Positions 62,425 to 64,000 of a stretch of 64,000 nt of DNA are shown here, in pieces (position 1 is the stretch's first letter; each line of letters opens with the position of its first letter). The notes beneath the pieces were generated by a model. It was not told the DNA's origin and searched no databases. It saw nothing but the letters and a program-made list of their open reading frames with translations. The DNA lies in assembly GCA_965220745.1 (NCBI GenBank), contig CBDCQT010000010.1:288001-352000 (forward strand), written 5' to 3'. Position numbers and translations under genes: made by a program. Source of the DNA: Alphaproteobacteria bacterium. Its GTDB lineage: Bacteria; Pseudomonadota; Alphaproteobacteria; UBA828.

Positions 62425-63849
62425 ATGACAGACCGTCTCGATCATGCTCCGGCCAACACTTCCGCCGCGGGATTTGCGACCGTGCGACCGCCGGAGGTGG
62501 CGGGCGCCTTCTACCCGGCCGATCCCGGCGCATGCGCCGATCTGGTGACGCGCTGCCTCGATGGCGCCCGACCGGCGCCACCGGGCGAGCCCAAGGTGAT
62601 CGTGGTTCCTCACGCCGGCCACGTGTATTCCGGCCCCATCGCCGGCACCGCATACGCGCCCCTCGCGAAACGGAGCGACCGCATCACGCGCGTCGTGATG
62701 CTGGGGCCCGCGCATCGCGTGGGCTTCGCCGGCGTGGCGACCGCCGCCGCCCACGCCTGGGCCTCGCCGCTCGGCACCGTCCCGGTCGACTGGCCGGCGA
62801 TGAAGCCCCTGCTTTCGCGGCCTGGCTTTCGCGTTGCCGATGCCGCTTTCGAGCGGGAGCACTGCCTGGAGGTGCAGCTCCCCTTCCTGCAGCGGGTACT
62901 GGATGATGTTGCGATCGTGCCGGTCCTCGTGGGCGACGCGAGCCAAGACGAAGTGGCTGAGATACTGAAGGCGCTCTGGGGTGGGCCGGAAACGCTGATC
63001 CTGATTTCCACGGACCTCTCGCACTTCCACGACTACGACGCGGCAAGACGGCTCGATGGCGAGACCACGAGACGGATCGAGCTCATGCAGCCGAAGGAGA
63101 TCGACGGCGAGCGCGCCTGCGGCTACCGGGGGCTCGGCGGCGCGCTCAAGCGTGCACAGGAACTCGATCTGCGGGTCACGGCGCTGGATGTCCGCAATTC
63201 CGGAGACACGAGCGGGACCAAGGACCGCGTGGTGGGCTACGGCGCCTTCGCGATGGAATACGCCGAGTCCGCCCGGCTCTCGGACGACGACCGGGATCGG
63301 CTTCTCGACGCCGCGCGGGCCTCGCTCGCTTTCGGGGTGGAGAACGGCCAGCCGAAGGCCGCGACTCTCGACGCCGACCTGTCGCCGGCGCTCAGGGCGA
63401 TGCGAGCCTCATTCATCACGCTCAGGGTCGCGGGCGAGCTCAGGGGCTGCTGCGGTACGATCGCCGCGCGAGAGCCGCTGCTGCTTGATGTCGCCGCCAA
63501 CGCCTATAAGGCCGGCTTCGAAGACCCGCGCTTCGGTCCGATGACGGCGGCGGAGCTTGGCGGAATCGATGTCAGCATCTCGGTGCTTTCGACTCCGCGC
63601 CCGATCCGCTTCGCCGATGAGGCCGACCTACTGCGCCAGATCAGGCCGGACCACGATGGCCTAGTCCTGGAGGACGGCGACCACCGCGGCGTGTTCCTGC
63701 CCAGCGTCTGGGAGCGCTTTCCGGTCGCCGCACAGTTCGTTGACCAGCTCAAGCGCAAGGCCGAAGTCGCGCCCGACCACTGGTCTCAGAGCTTGCGCGT
63801 TTCCCGTTTCACCGCAGAAAGTTTTGGCGGGCCTTTCCGCGCGGGCTGA
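62425..63849 (+). CDS. amrB: AmmeMemoRadiSam protein B (Memo-like) fused to protein A (AMMECR1)
   Basis: VRPPEVAGAFYP, PHAG.VYSG, EHCLEVQLPF, STDLSHF, VVGYGA; then LRGCCG, DPRF, GVFLPSVW. Confidence 0.92.
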   Translation: MTDRLDHAPANTSAAGFATVRPPEVAGAFYPADPGACADLVTRCLDGARPAPPGEPKVIVVPHAGHVYSGPIAGTAYAPLAKRSDRITRVVMLGPAHRVGFAGVATAAAHAWASPLGTVPVDWPAMKPLLSRPGFRVADAAFEREHCLEVQLPFLQRVLDDVAIVPVLVGDASQDEVAEILKALWGGPETLILISTDLSHFHDYDAARRLDGETTRRIELMQPKEIDGERACGYRGLGGALKRAQELDLRVTALDVRNSGDTSGTKDRVVGYGAFAMEYAESARLSDDDRDRLLDAARASLAFGVENGQPKAATLDADLSPALRAMRASFITLRVAGELRGCCGTIAAREPLLLDVAANAYKAGFEDPRFGPMTAAELGGIDVSISVLSTPRPIRFADEADLLRQIRPDHDGLVLEDGDHRGVFLPSVWERFPVAAQFVDQLKRKAEVAPDHWSQSLRVSRFTAESFGGPFRAG

Positions 63850-64000
63850 GGCCACTGCCAAGAACATCGATGGCGTGCAGAAACAGGGACGACCGCCTCC
63901 AAGCTATGGAGGCAGCCGTCCCCCCTCGCTGGGCCCGCGTTCTGTCCTGGGCCCGGTCCCTCGTGTTCGTCTACGTGTGGAGCCTGGAAGCGTTCGCGAC

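Noticed and set aside
63906-64000. Possible start of a membrane protein (MEAAVPPRW...)
   Set aside because: Only ~31 codons before the window edge; cannot be supported

Overview
High-GC alphaproteobacterial chromosome segment. It is probably from a marine sponge symbiont (inference from the Swf-type PKS and the ankyrin/MORN secreted protein). Four blocks are visible. (1) 1-4.9 kb: housekeeping and metabolic genes (imelysin, 2-hydroxyacid dehydrogenase, LysR, MOSC, GFA, beta-carbonic anhydrase). (2) 5063-30802: a ~25.7 kb integrative mobilizable element bounded by an exact 11-bp direct repeat (ATGAAGGTGTG) and inserted in the 3' end of a cytochrome b561 (yceJ-like) gene, whose displaced C-terminus is still readable at 4987-5073. 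It carries two tandem, catalytically intact tyrosine recombinases, a MobF/TrwC relaxase, three tandem ribbon-helix-helix genes, secreted-protein and defence-like cargo, and decayed IS, phage and T1SS remnants. (3) 31-50 kb: yceI, phaR, a hydantoinase/oxoprolinase cluster (fused AB, small Cys4 protein, A subunit, two ~93% identical B subunits), a FitA-like/ABC-ATPase/TOPRIM-like triplet and a GNAT-DUF1778 toxin-antitoxin pair. (4) 49.6-64 kb: a mono-modular Swf-like type I PKS split by an IS1380 element (CTAG duplication), plus a thioester-reductase/sulfotransferase fusion, lying between the AmmeMemoRadiSam genes amrS and amrB-amrA. No rRNA, tRNA or CRISPR array was recognised. All calls come from motif reading by eye; no database searches were run.
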